From positions 32,001 to 96,000 of IMG/VR virus record IMGVR_UViG_2896054739_000007: DNA of 64,000 nucleotides; one strand, 5' to 3'. The stretch comes from a virus. Its lineage: Duplodnaviria > Caudoviricetes. Shown one piece after another: positions 44,265 to 56,492 of this stretch; position 1 is the stretch's first letter, and the number at the start of each line of letters is the position of its first letter. The position numbers were made by a program, and so were the translations under genes. The notes beneath the pieces were generated by a model. That model saw only the letters and a program-made list of their open reading frames with translations. It made no database searches and was not told the origin of the DNA.

Positions 44265-45194
44265 TCATTTTGAGATTTTAACTTTCTTCCCATTCTCTAC
44301 ATATATCTTCTTCACTATTCCGAGTCCATCACACACTAAATCTTCCACATAAAGTACACATGATACTCTGTGGTCACGTTTCGGATACTTTGCTTTTGCT
44401 TCCGCACTGAATAACGCAGGGTCAATCTGCCTTAATTCCTTTGACAAATACCTATGTATTTCTTTCCTATCATTCGGATGGGCAATCCAAACCTCCCTTA
44501 ATGCCCTCATTACAAATGTTGCATATCCGTTTGTCTCTTTATTCCATCCAGCATTATCAATAATAGAAAAAATAAAGTCCAGGCACTTCTCACCATGAAC
44601 TTTTACGATTGAATATGTATCTGTATAACTTCCAAGAACCGATTCTTCTCTATTTCCTTTTGTAGACACAAACTTGATTCCATATTTGTTCAGAAGTTTA
44701 TCTAAGGAAACGGCAGCGTTGTCTCCAATGATTACCCTTGAAAGATGCTTTTCAAGTGGCTTCACATTTTCCACTTCTGAATCCTGTCCTATGAAGTATT
44801 CAGCTTCAAATTTTAATCGCTCATCTAAGTCTTCAGGAGCGTCCATAAGGATAATTGCATTGAGACGATCCATACCCTTCTCAGGAGCCACAAGACACCT
44901 CCCCTGACCATCTACAACCGCAAATCTGTATTCTTCTGGATGTGGTACTAAGATAATAGGTGTCAACTTTCGTTCATCCCATTTATTCTTTAACCGATTC
45001 AGATGCTTATGTGTTCTCATGCCCTGATACCTAACATCTACAAAACAACGAGATAAGGGAACCACGGCACTACCTGTAATCACTCTCTGATTCTTTCCCT
45101 TCCCAACAGTCATAAGCGGCTTAATATTTGCCACTATATCATTATACTGTTCCATTTTCCTTGTTTCCTCATTCATTGCCACTACTGCACTCAT
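44265..45194 (-). CDS. ParB-like (DUF6551-type) protein
   Basis: VDVRYQ, VVDGQGR. Confidence 0.65.
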   Translation of the reverse strand: MSAVVAMNEETRKMEQYNDIVANIKPLMTVGKGKNQRVITGSAVVPLSRCFVDVRYQGMRTHKHLNRLKNKWDERKLTPIILVPHPEEYRFAVVDGQGRCLVAPEKGMDRLNAIILMDAPEDLDERLKFEAEYFIGQDSEVENVKPLEKHLSRVIIGDNAAVSLDKLLNKYGIKFVSTKGNREESVLGSYTDTYSIVKVHGEKCLDFIFSIIDNAGWNKETNGYATFVMRALREVWIAHPNDRKEIHRYLSKELRQIDPALFSAEAKAKYPKRDHRVSCVLYVEDLVCDGLGIVKKIYVENGKKVKISK

Positions 45195-45307
45195 ACTGAA
45201 ACCTCCTTGAATATGTATTTTTTGTATAATAAAAAGCATCTGGATTTTTATTTCCAAATGCTTTACTACCTTAATGTATTTAGTTAAATATCACATTGTC
45301 GTGCTGA

Positions 45308-47961
45308 TTATACAACTAATGCCAATGATTTTTGCAAATTCCTTATTTCTTTTTGAAGTCCTTCAGCAATACATTTTTTTATTTCTCCCAAATAATCATC
45401 TATGTTCTGTTCATTAGTCAAGAAGATAAAATATTCATATGAATTTGAACTCCAATGTTGCATTTTCCATTTTTCAAAGCAATCAAATGGGATATGATAT
45501 CCAAAGCCGAACGTTTTAAACCCGTCTTCATAAACTGCGTCTACTTCACATTCGCTTTTTCTTAAATCTTCTTTTCCTGCTTCGACCTCATATACATATT
45601 TATAAATTTTCCCACCATTTTCTCTCCATTTGATAAATTGTTCTTTATCCATTTATCCTCATCCCTTCCTTAAATATCTAATTTCATTGCCTATTTAATA
45701 TAACTCATCAAGTTTTAACATTGTATATGTAAAACTAAACTCATCAGCCTTGAAAGAATCTTTCTTCCTTATGGCTAAATATTTCTTCTTTCCCTCTTCC
45801 ATCTTTGTCTTTGATGAAAAGATGCCACACTCTTCAAATTCTTCGTCATATATGTGTTTTACTTTCAATAAATACAAATCCATACCAAACCCTCCAATCT
45901 ATACATTACAAGGTAAATAATGCCCTTCTATATGATATTCTCCATCTTCCAAAACCAATGAAGTATTTTTCTTTACCCATTCTACTAATTCCTCTGGACT
46001 CAGAAAATACTTTGCTACCGTAAAATCATTACACACCGGAATACCATCGCCAGCAACTTCTTTTCCCTCAACAATATCTTCATTATCATTATTTAGAATA
46101 ATAAAAAATCTCCATTCGCATTTCATGCAATCACCTCACACCACATCCAGCAGCATACTTCAAAATATCATCATTTGTTGGATATGTATCTTCCCATCCC
46201 AAAACAGTATAACTTTCACCGTTCTTAATGTCATTTATAATTCCTAACAATTCTTCTTTATCCAACTTATATAAACATTTCCATGTAATCATATTATATC
46301 TGCCTCCACTTGAAACTTAGATTTTATCCACTATCTCTTTTACTTTGCTTTTTCAAACAAACACATTATTTTTGATTCAAGTTCTATGCCGTCTGGAGCA
46401 TAGGAAGGTTTTTCATATAGTTTATGGATAAAACCTCTTTTCTGAAATTCCATCATAACTTTTACAGAACTTGTACTTGTTGTGTCTGTAAACAATACAT
46501 TCATATTATGTTTAATTGCATATTCTAAACATCCTTCTACATTAAAAATTGTATCTAAAATTAATAGCTCTTGATCATCCTTATCAAATTTAGGTATATA
46601 TTTTCCCATATTATTATCCACACCCTTCCCATAAATCTATTATTTCATTCCCATATTTCTGTGTTATCTGTTAAGTTGGCTTCCCAATTCCAACTATGAC
46701 CAGTTTTTTGCTTTACAGTATTAATAGCTTCATTTTCTGTTTCTGCTTTTACAACATAACAATAACTTGAACAATCCTCTTGATATTTCGGTATATCTTT
46801 AACTACATATAATCTTTTCATTTTAATCACTCTCCATGTTAAATGGCATATACAAATCAGCAATCTTTTCTTTGACATGCTGATAATCGTCTTCTGCCAA
46901 TACATCAACCATTCCATTTATTCTTTTTATGTCTAAATTATTCATATGTTCTGCAATTATAGTACCTTTTCTTCCATTTTTCGTGTTTGCTTGAATATGA
47001 AAACGATTTTTATCATCATCATTTTTTCCAAACATAATTGGAGCACAAAAAATTGCGTTGTTTACAACTCCATTCCCTAAAATAATTACATACGTTCCTG
47101 TTTCTAATCCATACGGTAACTTTGCCGCATATATTTCAAATCTCTTCATATAACTTCCCTCCATTAAACAATCCTTTCAAGACTTAAATCTCTTTGACAC
47201 TAACAATTTTAGAATTCTTCATGCAACGTGTTCCATCTCCAATATTCATCAAATAATACTCTTCATCTTCATTAAACATTTTAATAGCTCCGCTATCTCT
47301 GTTTTCACTATCTGAAATTTTTAGTCCTTTAACAAATTCTTCTGTTGTAATATGCTTCCCATCTGCAGTCTCTACATTTACAACTTCTTTTTCGTCAACT
47401 TCTACCTCAAGCACAATTTGTAATTTCTTCATCTAATTTTCCTCCATTCTTTCCATCAAATAATCCTTTTAAGATACTTTTGTTTTGTAACCGCCTTCTG
47501 GTGTAAAACTATTCCAATCAACTTTAGTTGCCCATTTATCTTGATGATTGCTGCCGTAAATTTTATGCCATTCCTCTAAACTCATTACATGAGCGTTATT
47601 CTCGATCCTAACAGCCACCATCTGTTCTCCATGACATTCAAACTCTTTTATCACTTCATATTTGTCATTCATACTTATGTCCTCCATATTATATCATTTA
47701 TCCACTATAAAAGCCACCAGATTTTATTTTCCAGTGGCTTTCTATTCGCTTCCATATTCACTTTTTAACATCGTAACCGCCACGATTAGCTTTACTCATC
47801 ACTTCATTCTTAGATTTTCCCATTGCTAAATCATGGCTCATTGCACCGTAATCTGTTTTATATCCTTCTGGTGGCATCCGATTGTCAAATTTAACATTCG
47901 TAATGATTCCAGGTAAAAAGCATACACAAAAGATAACAGCCAATCCAATTAAAGTTTCCAT
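45308..47961 (-). other. Run of small hypothetical genes, including a degenerate PemK-like ORF (46823-47149)
   Basis: ORF track, SD sites, boundary palindromes between most genes. Confidence 0.55.
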
Positions 47962-48072
47962 ATATTTTCCTTTCTGCCTACTATGTAGGACTTTGATCTA
48001 TTTGTTTATATTTTCATTATACTATTCTATGTGTCCAATTAAAAGAACTTTTCATCAAAGGAAAGGTACATT

Positions 48073-48804
48073 TTAAGACCAATTTATCAAAGCATCATAT
48101 ACTTTTTGAGGTATAATTTCTTTGTACTCTTCCGCAACTTGTTTTATAGCTTCCAATTTGGCTTTATAATGTGCCGTTTCAGCATCTTTTATAGAATCAA
48201 ACTTACCAAGATTTTTTCCATTATAGACTGCCGAAAATGTTCCTTTACTTTCTTTCCTAACACCATTAGGTAATCCACTTTTATTAGGTCTTGTCATGAA
48301 TAACATATTTATTCTCTGTGGAACCAGCAAACACGTTTGCGGAGAATATATTTTGTTTTCTGGATATAATATATCCTTATCCAAATGCAGTCTTCCATCT
48401 ACTTCATATTTATTGTTGTTATACCATTCTGCAAATTTCTGAAAACACTTCCATTCATCGCATACTGTAGCAATGCCATAGTAGGATTTATTATCTTCTT
48501 TATATTTTTCAGAATAGCAGCGTTCCAACATACCTCTCCATACTCTATGCTCTTGTGTTCTTTTCTTTGAAGTACCTGTACTATGGTTGCCTTCTCCTAA
48601 ATATCCTACTCCAAATACTGATCTGTCATACGGATTTAATGCTTGGTGGCGTTTGAAATTGGTATATGTTGTATGCAATCTATAATGATGCTCATCTTGA
48701 AATTCAACAGTTACATCATTATAACCATCATACTTAACAATTTTCATTTCAGTTCCAAAACGATTATTTTCAATTTCTCCCACTCTTGAATTTATATTGT
48801 TCAA
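48073..48804 (-). CDS. HNH-type homing endonuclease-like protein, paralog 3
   Basis: WRGMLERCY, LHLDKDI, CLLVPQRINMLF. Confidence 0.75.
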   Translation of the reverse strand: MNNINSRVGEIENNRFGTEMKIVKYDGYNDVTVEFQDEHHYRLHTTYTNFKRHQALNPYDRSVFGVGYLGEGNHSTGTSKKRTQEHRVWRGMLERCYSEKYKEDNKSYYGIATVCDEWKCFQKFAEWYNNNKYEVDGRLHLDKDILYPENKIYSPQTCLLVPQRINMLFMTRPNKSGLPNGVRKESKGTFSAVYNGKNLGKFDSIKDAETAHYKAKLEAIKQVAEEYKEIIPQKVYDALINWS

Positions 48805-48821
48805 TTTTTCACCACCCTCTA

Positions 48822-51800
48822 CTAACCATAAACTTTTTCTTCAAAAATCTTATTATGATGTTCTAACACCTCTTGTATCTCATAAATTTTGCCAAGTATC
48901 TTATCATATTCTGCACTCAGTAAATCAGCAGCTTGCTTTTTAACTGCTTCTTGATAATTTCTCTGTAAATTTTCAATGAATCTTTCTACATTTATCTCTT
49001 GATCATTGAACAGAATTTTCACATCATATAATCCATTTTCATCTGCTTGGATATCTATTACATCCCTATCTTGTCCTATTGCTTCACACACCATAAACAT
49101 TGCCATTTTATTATTGATAACATCTATTTTTGCCATATCTTCACCTCATTTCTTCCTTGAAATGCGAATTTTAAGAGAATATAAATTTTTCCAACATATT
49201 CTCCATTTCTTCTTCCAATTCATCATCTATACTACAATTATGATCACATTCTGGATTGCAACATACACATCTAATTTCTGGATCATGTACACATTGTCCC
49301 GTAGTATTGATATTTTTCCTATAACTTTTTCCATTCTTTTCTATAATTTTAAATGCCACACTACACCTCCAAATCTCCATCCAAATACAATCTTTCCATT
49401 TCCATATATTCTTCATGTGCTGCTTCTATTGTTTCCTTCTCTATAATATCTAAGATTCTTTCATCATCTATTTTATTCAATTTTTTATTTCCTCCAATCA
49501 CTCATTTTCTTCTTTAATTTTCGACACAAACAATTCTCTGTCATACCTATAATCTTCTCCATCATAAGGAAGATTATAAACTACATATATGATAACAATC
49601 ACAAGCTAAACAATTCCTGTCTTCATGCTTACAAAAATCATGTATATTATCAAAAGCATCTGTTCTACTTGCTGTTATATATGTTCCCTTTAAGTTATAT
49701 ACAACAACTCCCAGCTCCTTTATATCCAAGATATATTTTTGACCTTCCACCAAGCCAAAATAAGCTGCTCCTTTATAGTTTGCCGTTCCAATTTTCTTTT
49801 CCATATTTTCCTCCAATATACCAAGTTGAAATACGAGTTTCATTACCTTTATTTATTCTTATCTTTCTTCTTTGAAATACAACTTTTGCATCTAACAGTG
49901 GGCACTGTAAGTCCATTACCTTTAAAAAATGGTATCTCATAACAATCAAGTACAAAATTCTTTCCACAATCTTTACATTTGCAAAAATACGTTTCATCTC
50001 TACAAGGTATAAGATATGTGTACAAAAGACATTTTGAAGAAGAATAAACCCCCATTATTTCATACGGAATTTTTCCTTTATATAAATAGTGAGGGGTTGA
50101 GAAACTTCTTCCTCTGTAAGTATGATTTGCAAAATATTCAAAATCTTCCACCGCATATTTATCAGGTGAATCAAGACAACCTCCATACTCTAAGCTACTA
50201 CCATTATGCCCTAATACTAAAATACCATTTTCCACATAAGCAGGTATTTCATGATAAAACTCACCAACTGAACCTATATATTTACCAATTGCTATAATCA
50301 TTCTTTTATTCCTCTCTTTCCTTTATTTTTCGATGAAATTCCGACTTCATTGCCTATTATTCTTCGACAACACCAGTATCAATAATTTCTTTTACAATGT
50401 GTTCATATGTGAAATGATACGCTTCGCCTCTTTTAATTCTGATTTTCCTTCCATTTTTCATTTCAATAATAGTTTTTTCCTTTTTGCAATGACCGGCACA
50501 AATTTCAAATTCACCCTCATATCCATATGAATTGATTTCCTGAATATCATCACTTCCACTTGATACGGTGTTCAATCGCCTATATATCCTCTTAAAGTAA
50601 ATCGGACAGCATAAAATATTCCCTGTAAATCCTCCCCAATCCGCATCATTAGACCACTCTTTGATATTTTTAACAATATTCCCATTGCCGATCAGGATTT
50701 CAAAAACCCTTCTAAAAGGATTATTAATATCATGCAAATATTTCCATGCTGACATTTTAGGTTCGTTATAGTAAGCATCAAAACTAACTTCCTGTAAAGG
50801 GCTCCTGAAAAATAGTCCTTTTTCTGTCCCCTCCTCTGTACTGATAACATATCCTTTATAATTCACAACTCTGTTTTCCATAGTTTTTCTCCTTCCTAAC
50901 TTCTTGAAATCCTGATTTTCAGTCTTTAATCAACTAACTCAAAACCAAAATGACAAAATCCAGTTCTATCTGATAAATAATCAGATACCTCTTCTTCATC
51001 TGTCATATCCCCTGGAATTTCCATTTCTGTCGGTAACTGCTTTAACAATTCCATATGCCCATCTGTGTCCCACTTAATATTTATTGCTTTCATTAAATTT
51101 CCTCCGTTTCTAACTTGAATTTGTGTTTTCATTGCACTATTTCTTTACAATGTTCCAAAAGACCTTCAATAGTTCCTCCATATTCACTATTTAACCTATT
51201 TTCAAAAAATATGTAGCTAATAATCTCATAATCTAACATAGGAATATCAATATTATCGGATTCCATTTCATCAATAAAATCCATTATAGTATCATATTCC
51301 CTATTAATTATTTTTCCATTTTCATTCTTGTATTTAATCCATAAATCCTTCATATATAAAACCTCCACTTCTCCACTTAAAATCATTATTTCCTTGCCAT
51401 TTGTTACTTAAAATTGAGGAATATCTTTTTCATCTTCTCTCCATCCTATCGGCGTAAATTCCAATGCAGTTAAAAAGGCTTGATATACAGTGTTTAACCA
51501 TTCAATCCTTGTATTATCATTACCCTTTATCTTGTCAAACACACCCATATCAATAAATCGCTGCCGTTCTTCATTAGTCAACTTTTCCCACGTCCATGAT
51601 TTTTTAATAACATTTTGGAAGTAATTTTCTACCACATTTGATTTTTTCATAATCACACCTCCATATACTTTTCCGCAAAATAAATATCATTTGCAATAGC
51701 AACTGTCTGTCTTGATTTAAGTTTCCGAAAATACTCTGTCTTTCCATCTGCCACAACAACATCGTTTCCACATATTTTAATATCTACATTCGGATTTTTA

Positions 51801-52108
51801 ATACCTCTCATAACTTCTCCTTCCATGAATCCATTGTTCTATTGATATTCTGTTTTCCATTCAAGCCGATTTTTTCCCTCAATCCAATCTCTTATATATT
51901 CAAGTGGCATTTTTTCAATTCTCTTGATAAAATCCGCTGCTTTTATCATCAAATACCCTGACATTTCATTCCATTTGATAGCATCATCTGCATATTTCCT
52001 TAACCATGACGAATACGCTTTATGCTCTTTGAAACTGTCAATTTTTTCATTAAACAATTTGTATCTTTGTTTTGCCCATTCGTTTCTAGCCTGTACTTTT
52101 ACTTTCAT
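48822..52108 (-). other. Run of small hypothetical genes
   Basis: ORF track, SD sites, boundary palindromes. Confidence 0.55.
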
Positions 52109-52448
52109 ATCAATTACCATCCTTTCTACTCTTTATTTCTCCATTTATTCTGTGCTTATATACACTATAGGACACATCATTTTTAATATGTTCTATACTG
52201 GATACAAACCGTATCACATCCTGTTGACCGCTTATCCTTCGCAATACTGCACTCGCTTCACCATCAACCCAAAAGAGGTTTATAAGAGTTCTTTTGGTAC
52301 TCTTCCGAAAACTTATTTATAATTCCGTTTTCGTTATATTTACTATATCATAACGTTTTCGGAATGTCAATACCTTTTTGGAATTTATTTTCTGTTTTCG
52401 GAATATTCTTTTACAAAGAAAAAGCACCATGCAATTTGCACAATGCTT

Positions 52449-52662
52449 TTACTTAATCTCATTTCCATCAGGAAATATAAATTTTGATTCATACTTGCAT
52501 CCCATAAATGCAGCCATTTCTTGTAATTCCTCTTGCGTAAACTTTCCTGTTTTTACACGCTTTGAAATAGATGCTTGACTCATGCCCATTTTTGCTCCCA
52601 ACTCTGTCAAACTCATTCCGGCAGTATCACAGGCAACTTTTATTTTTTGTTGTAGCGTTATA
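52449..52662 (-). CDS. XRE-family HTH regulator (probable ATA start)
   Basis: SLTELGAKMGMSQASISKR; SD AAGGAAGTG before ATA; GTTTTCGGAA-like repeats nearby. Confidence 0.75.
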
Positions 52663-52795
52663 CTGGTCACTTCCTTTCCATTCCAATTTATGATATTATA
52701 CAACGTTTTGGGAATTATTTCAACCACTATAAAAGGCACTAACGAATATTCCGCTAATGCCTTCTGACTGGTTATAAATTATTATTCAATTCAGA

Positions 52796-53215
52796 TTAAA
52801 AATTCCGTTGTACATTAAGTACATTCATCAATGCTTCTTGTAAAACTCTCGATATATTAATTCCGGCATGTTCCGCCTCATAATTAAGCCAACTAGGGAT
52901 AGTAACATTTTTTCTAACCGCTTTTGTGTCAATTTTCCTTCGATATTCCCCGGAATCAATATCAACCAGCGATATAACCGTTGTTCCATCCTCCACAAAA
53001 GTTCCGCTATTTACATCTAAAGAACTAATTTCAGACGGCAAAGGAATTTCCATTCCATCATCCTCCATTGATACACATTTCAATTCTATGGCATCTCTTG
53101 CCATTTCAACAGCATTTACCATATCTTTCCCTTCTGTCAAGATTTCCAGATCAGGAACTTCTACAAGTATAACCGTATCTGTTTTTGTAAAAAACACAGG
53201 GTATATATTTTTCAT
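52796..53215 (-). CDS. hicB: HicB antitoxin
   Basis: YPVFF, VPDL..LTEG, VRKNVTIPSWL. Confidence 0.9.
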   Translation of the reverse strand: MKNIYPVFFTKTDTVILVEVPDLEILTEGKDMVNAVEMARDAIELKCVSMEDDGMEIPLPSEISSLDVNSGTFVEDGTTVISLVDIDSGEYRRKIDTKAVRKNVTIPSWLNYEAEHAGINISRVLQEALMNVLNVQRNF

Positions 53216-53271
53216 TTTCTTTTCTCCTTTCTAGGAACTTATATTCTATATTCTTGAAGAGATAGGGGATT

Positions 53272-53442
53272 TTATAATCCCCTTCTCCTTATGATTGCTT
53301 TTGCTAATCGTTCATCAATCTCTTTATGCCTTGGTACTTCTTCTTTCTCTGTTCCTCTCGCATAAACATCATGATTACTTCCATGCCTTTCAAAAACAAA
53401 TCCACCAGCTTCCAATTTCTTTATCAAATCTCTTTGTTTCAA
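53272..53442 (-). CDS. hicA: HicA toxin (56 aa, not in ORF track)
   Basis: MKQRDLIKKLEAGGF..RHGSNHDVY...VPRHKEI. Confidence 0.9.
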   Translation of the reverse strand: MKQRDLIKKLEAGGFVFERHGSNHDVYARGTEKEEVPRHKEIDERLAKAIIRRRGL

Positions 53443-53797
53443 TAGTGTTTCCTCCTTATATATGGATTATACACACTTTATACGTATATGTCAACAATAA
53501 TTTATACTTATTTCATGCGCATAAAACGATTCTTTCATTGCTTTACATATTCTCAACAAAATTTTCGATTTCTTCCAACGAAAATATGTAATCTGTTATT
53601 GGTTTTCTATCAAATTGATCCATTGGGAAAATAGCGTATTTACTTCCATCAAACTTAAATATCAACCCTTTATACGCTAATTTCTCTTGTAATCGCCTCA
53701 AACGTTCAATCACATCATTCTCGCAATACATATGGAATGTGTTAAAATAGTTGCCTACTGCTTTTCTTTCTTCCTTTGTCATGTATATATTTCCTCC

Positions 53798-54028
53798 CTA
53801 TCCTTTCTCCATCTCAAAATCTTCCAGTTCCTTCTGTGTCAATTCCCTGTTATAATACAACTCTGCCCACACCATACGCCCATTTACTTCCGTTCTGGTA
53901 TCATAGTTGATAAAATCCATCATACCAGCTTTTGGATGTGTCCCGATTGATACAGGACGCATAACAGAATAATATTTGTTCCAATGATATTTTTGTGCTG
54001 ATTGTCTTATATAGTCGTTTGTACTCAT
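53798..54028 (-). CDS. DarA C-terminal-like small protein
   Basis: YYS..RPVSIGTHPK...WAELYYNRELT. Confidence 0.55.
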   Translation of the reverse strand: MSTNDYIRQSAQKYHWNKYYSVMRPVSIGTHPKAGMMDFINYDTRTEVNGRMVWAELYYNRELTQKELEDFEMEKG

Positions 54029-54040
54029 GCTCTGCCCTCC

Positions 54041-54685
54041 CTACGCTGCATAAAATGTTCCATCTTCTAAAAATTCCCATCCATTAGCTTCACAAGTTTC
54101 TGTTACTTCTTCTTCATCCGCTTCATAAAAATATTTATAGCCGTATTCTTCATATTGTTTAGAAAGCATTACAAACATATCAGCAACTAATTTTTCCATT
54201 TTTCGGATTGTGTCAACCTGAATATTTTTATACTGCTGATATTCAAGATCATATATCCAACCTTCAGCAAAATCCGTCTTATCAGATACGCAATAATTAT
54301 AATGTCCGTCATTATAAGGCAATGTAACAGTTCTTCCACAAACTTCCATATATGCCTCTATGGTCTTCTGCTCATGTTCCGTCATATAATCCCAAAAATC
54401 CTTGAATGTTTCACCACAATATAACTTGTTCCGGATTACCTTGAATACGTCCATCAAATCAAGTTTTCCGTATATATTTAAGCCGTCCCCCTGACAATAG
54501 CCTAAAGAATATTGCATCTTTAAGTTACTGTTAGAAAAAATATTGTGTAAATCTTCTGTGTAAATTTTCGAAAATTCGTCATTTCTGCATGGATCATCAA
54601 GATACCACTGATTTACTTTCTCTTTTGCTTCCTCCGATAATTCAGGATAAGTATATACATTATAAGTTTCTGTTACTGTACGCAT
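54041..54685 (-). CDS. Acidic phage protein, possible anti-restriction factor
   Basis: YTYPELSEEAKE, QGDG, CEANGWEFLEDG. Confidence 0.45.
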   Translation of the reverse strand: MRTVTETYNVYTYPELSEEAKEKVNQWYLDDPCRNDEFSKIYTEDLHNIFSNSNLKMQYSLGYCQGDGLNIYGKLDLMDVFKVIRNKLYCGETFKDFWDYMTEHEQKTIEAYMEVCGRTVTLPYNDGHYNYCVSDKTDFAEGWIYDLEYQQYKNIQVDTIRKMEKLVADMFVMLSKQYEEYGYKYFYEADEEEVTETCEANGWEFLEDGTFYAA

Positions 54686-56250
54686 AAAAATTTTCTCCAT
54701 TCTATTTAATTTTCCAATAATAAAAGCAAGCAACATTTCCACTTGTCACTTGCTCTATACTTCCCTTTCTATGATGCTTATTTGTCTTATTTAAGGACTT
54801 AATGCAACGCACATACATATTTGCATATGCGCTGATTTAAGGCTTTAAATGGGCTTGTATACGGTTTAAACACCAATGATTTTTTGATTAAATCCAAAAA
54901 GATTTATAAGAAAATCCGTATTGAAATTCAGTAAAAGACGGAAGCCACATTTATTAAAATATCTAAGTGTAATTCCAAACGCTTCCCAAGAAGTCCCTCC
55001 AATTTTAAAACGCCATCCATTATCAAACTTTCTAAATCCATGCTTTTTCATGCTCATTCCTCCATTGTTGAAGCAGTAGTTTCATTGATGTGTCAAATTC
55101 CATTTAAGACACCATGCCTTATATTCTTCATCTGTAATTATTCCATTTTGATAATCATGCTTTATCTCTATTGCATCTAAACACTCTTGAGATAATGTAT
55201 AACTTTTTACTCTTCCTGCAATTTTCCTATTCGCTGCCAAATAACATTGCATGGATAATTCTGCTATAATTTTATCTATTGCATTTACATTCTTTTTCAT
55301 TTTTACGATCTCCATATTTATATTTTATCACTTTCCGATAACCAATGAAATACACGATTTATTCTTTCCAAAATTTCATAATCGTTTCATTATCTTCTAA
55401 TACTAAACCGCACTTATAGCCGTGTCTATCTGCAATCTCAATCAATTCTCTGTTTGTCTTGCTATTTTCATATGGAATCATATAGAAAGAATTTGCTGTT
55501 ACTTTATGTAGTTCCACGCAATTTAACGGATAACATTCCGTTTGCCTAGTTTCGTCATTATAGCAACAGGCGCAATTATTAATCACCATGCAAATATCAA
55601 AAATAATGTCCTTGTGTGCCTTTTTACGTTTCTGTTCTGCATATGCTTTAAAATCCATGTTATCCCCCCAGTTTTTAAAATGTCATAACTTTTTCTTGTG
55701 TCATCATCAAAAATATTCCAAGTGGCAACGCAACAAGTGAAAATGTTGCATCTCCATCCAGCACAAACGGCGTTACAATTCCAATAGTTGCCATTATTGC
55801 ACCTGATAACTGTTGTTTCATATAATAAAAGCGTTCTGTCCTCTGTTTGATTCTCCACTTTTCTTCCCGGCGGTTATATTCTTTGAGCCATTCTTCATAT
55901 GTGTAAACTGTTTCTATTGCTTCAGATCCGATATTGTATATTATCATTATTCTTTTTCCTCTTTGTTTGCTGCCTACTTTGTTTTATATTTTCATTACTT
56001 TAATTACATACTATTCATTAATATTAAAGTAATCATCTATCAAATATTGAAGTTTGTCACATGTATTTAAAATTTCTCTTGTTTGATCGTTTTCAAAAAC
56101 TTCTTCTGAAGCTTTATTACATAAATCTGAAATCTGTTTTAATATATTTTTCATTGTTTCAGTCATTGTCTTTCCCCCTAATCTAAATTTTCTAATAGTT
56201 CCATTGCTATTTTAATTTCCATTTTAGTTATCTCCTTTCAAATTACAATT

Positions 56251-56475
56251 TTATTGTGCCGTTCTTTTATTCCACATTTCAATTACTGTATGTTTGTTTT
56301 GTGCATATCCAGGATCAATCATTGCCATACATCCAGTACAAAAAATTCTAAATCTTTCACCTGCTCTATGTTCGTATTTATCAATAACAATCTCTTTACT
56401 TCCACAAAATGGGCAAGGTTTAGTTTTTTCAGGATTACATTTTTCAATATCTCCACATGTAAAATCATTTTTCAT
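56251..56475 (-). CDS. Lar-family restriction alleviation protein
   Basis: KPCPFCG...C..C...WNKR. Confidence 0.8.
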   Translation of the reverse strand: MKNDFTCGDIEKCNPEKTKPCPFCGSKEIVIDKYEHRAGERFRIFCTGCMAMIDPGYAQNKHTVIEMWNKRTAQ

Positions 56476-56492
56476 AGCCTTATAACCTCCAC

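Noticed and set aside
54790-54850. Ribozyme in the hairpin-rich spacer
   Set aside because: Forms a long hairpin but matches no ribozyme consensus I recognise
323-56253. Boundary palindromes as intrinsic terminators or CRISPR repeats
   Set aside because: 5-bp AT-rich arms are too weak for terminators; spacing is gene-sized and irregular
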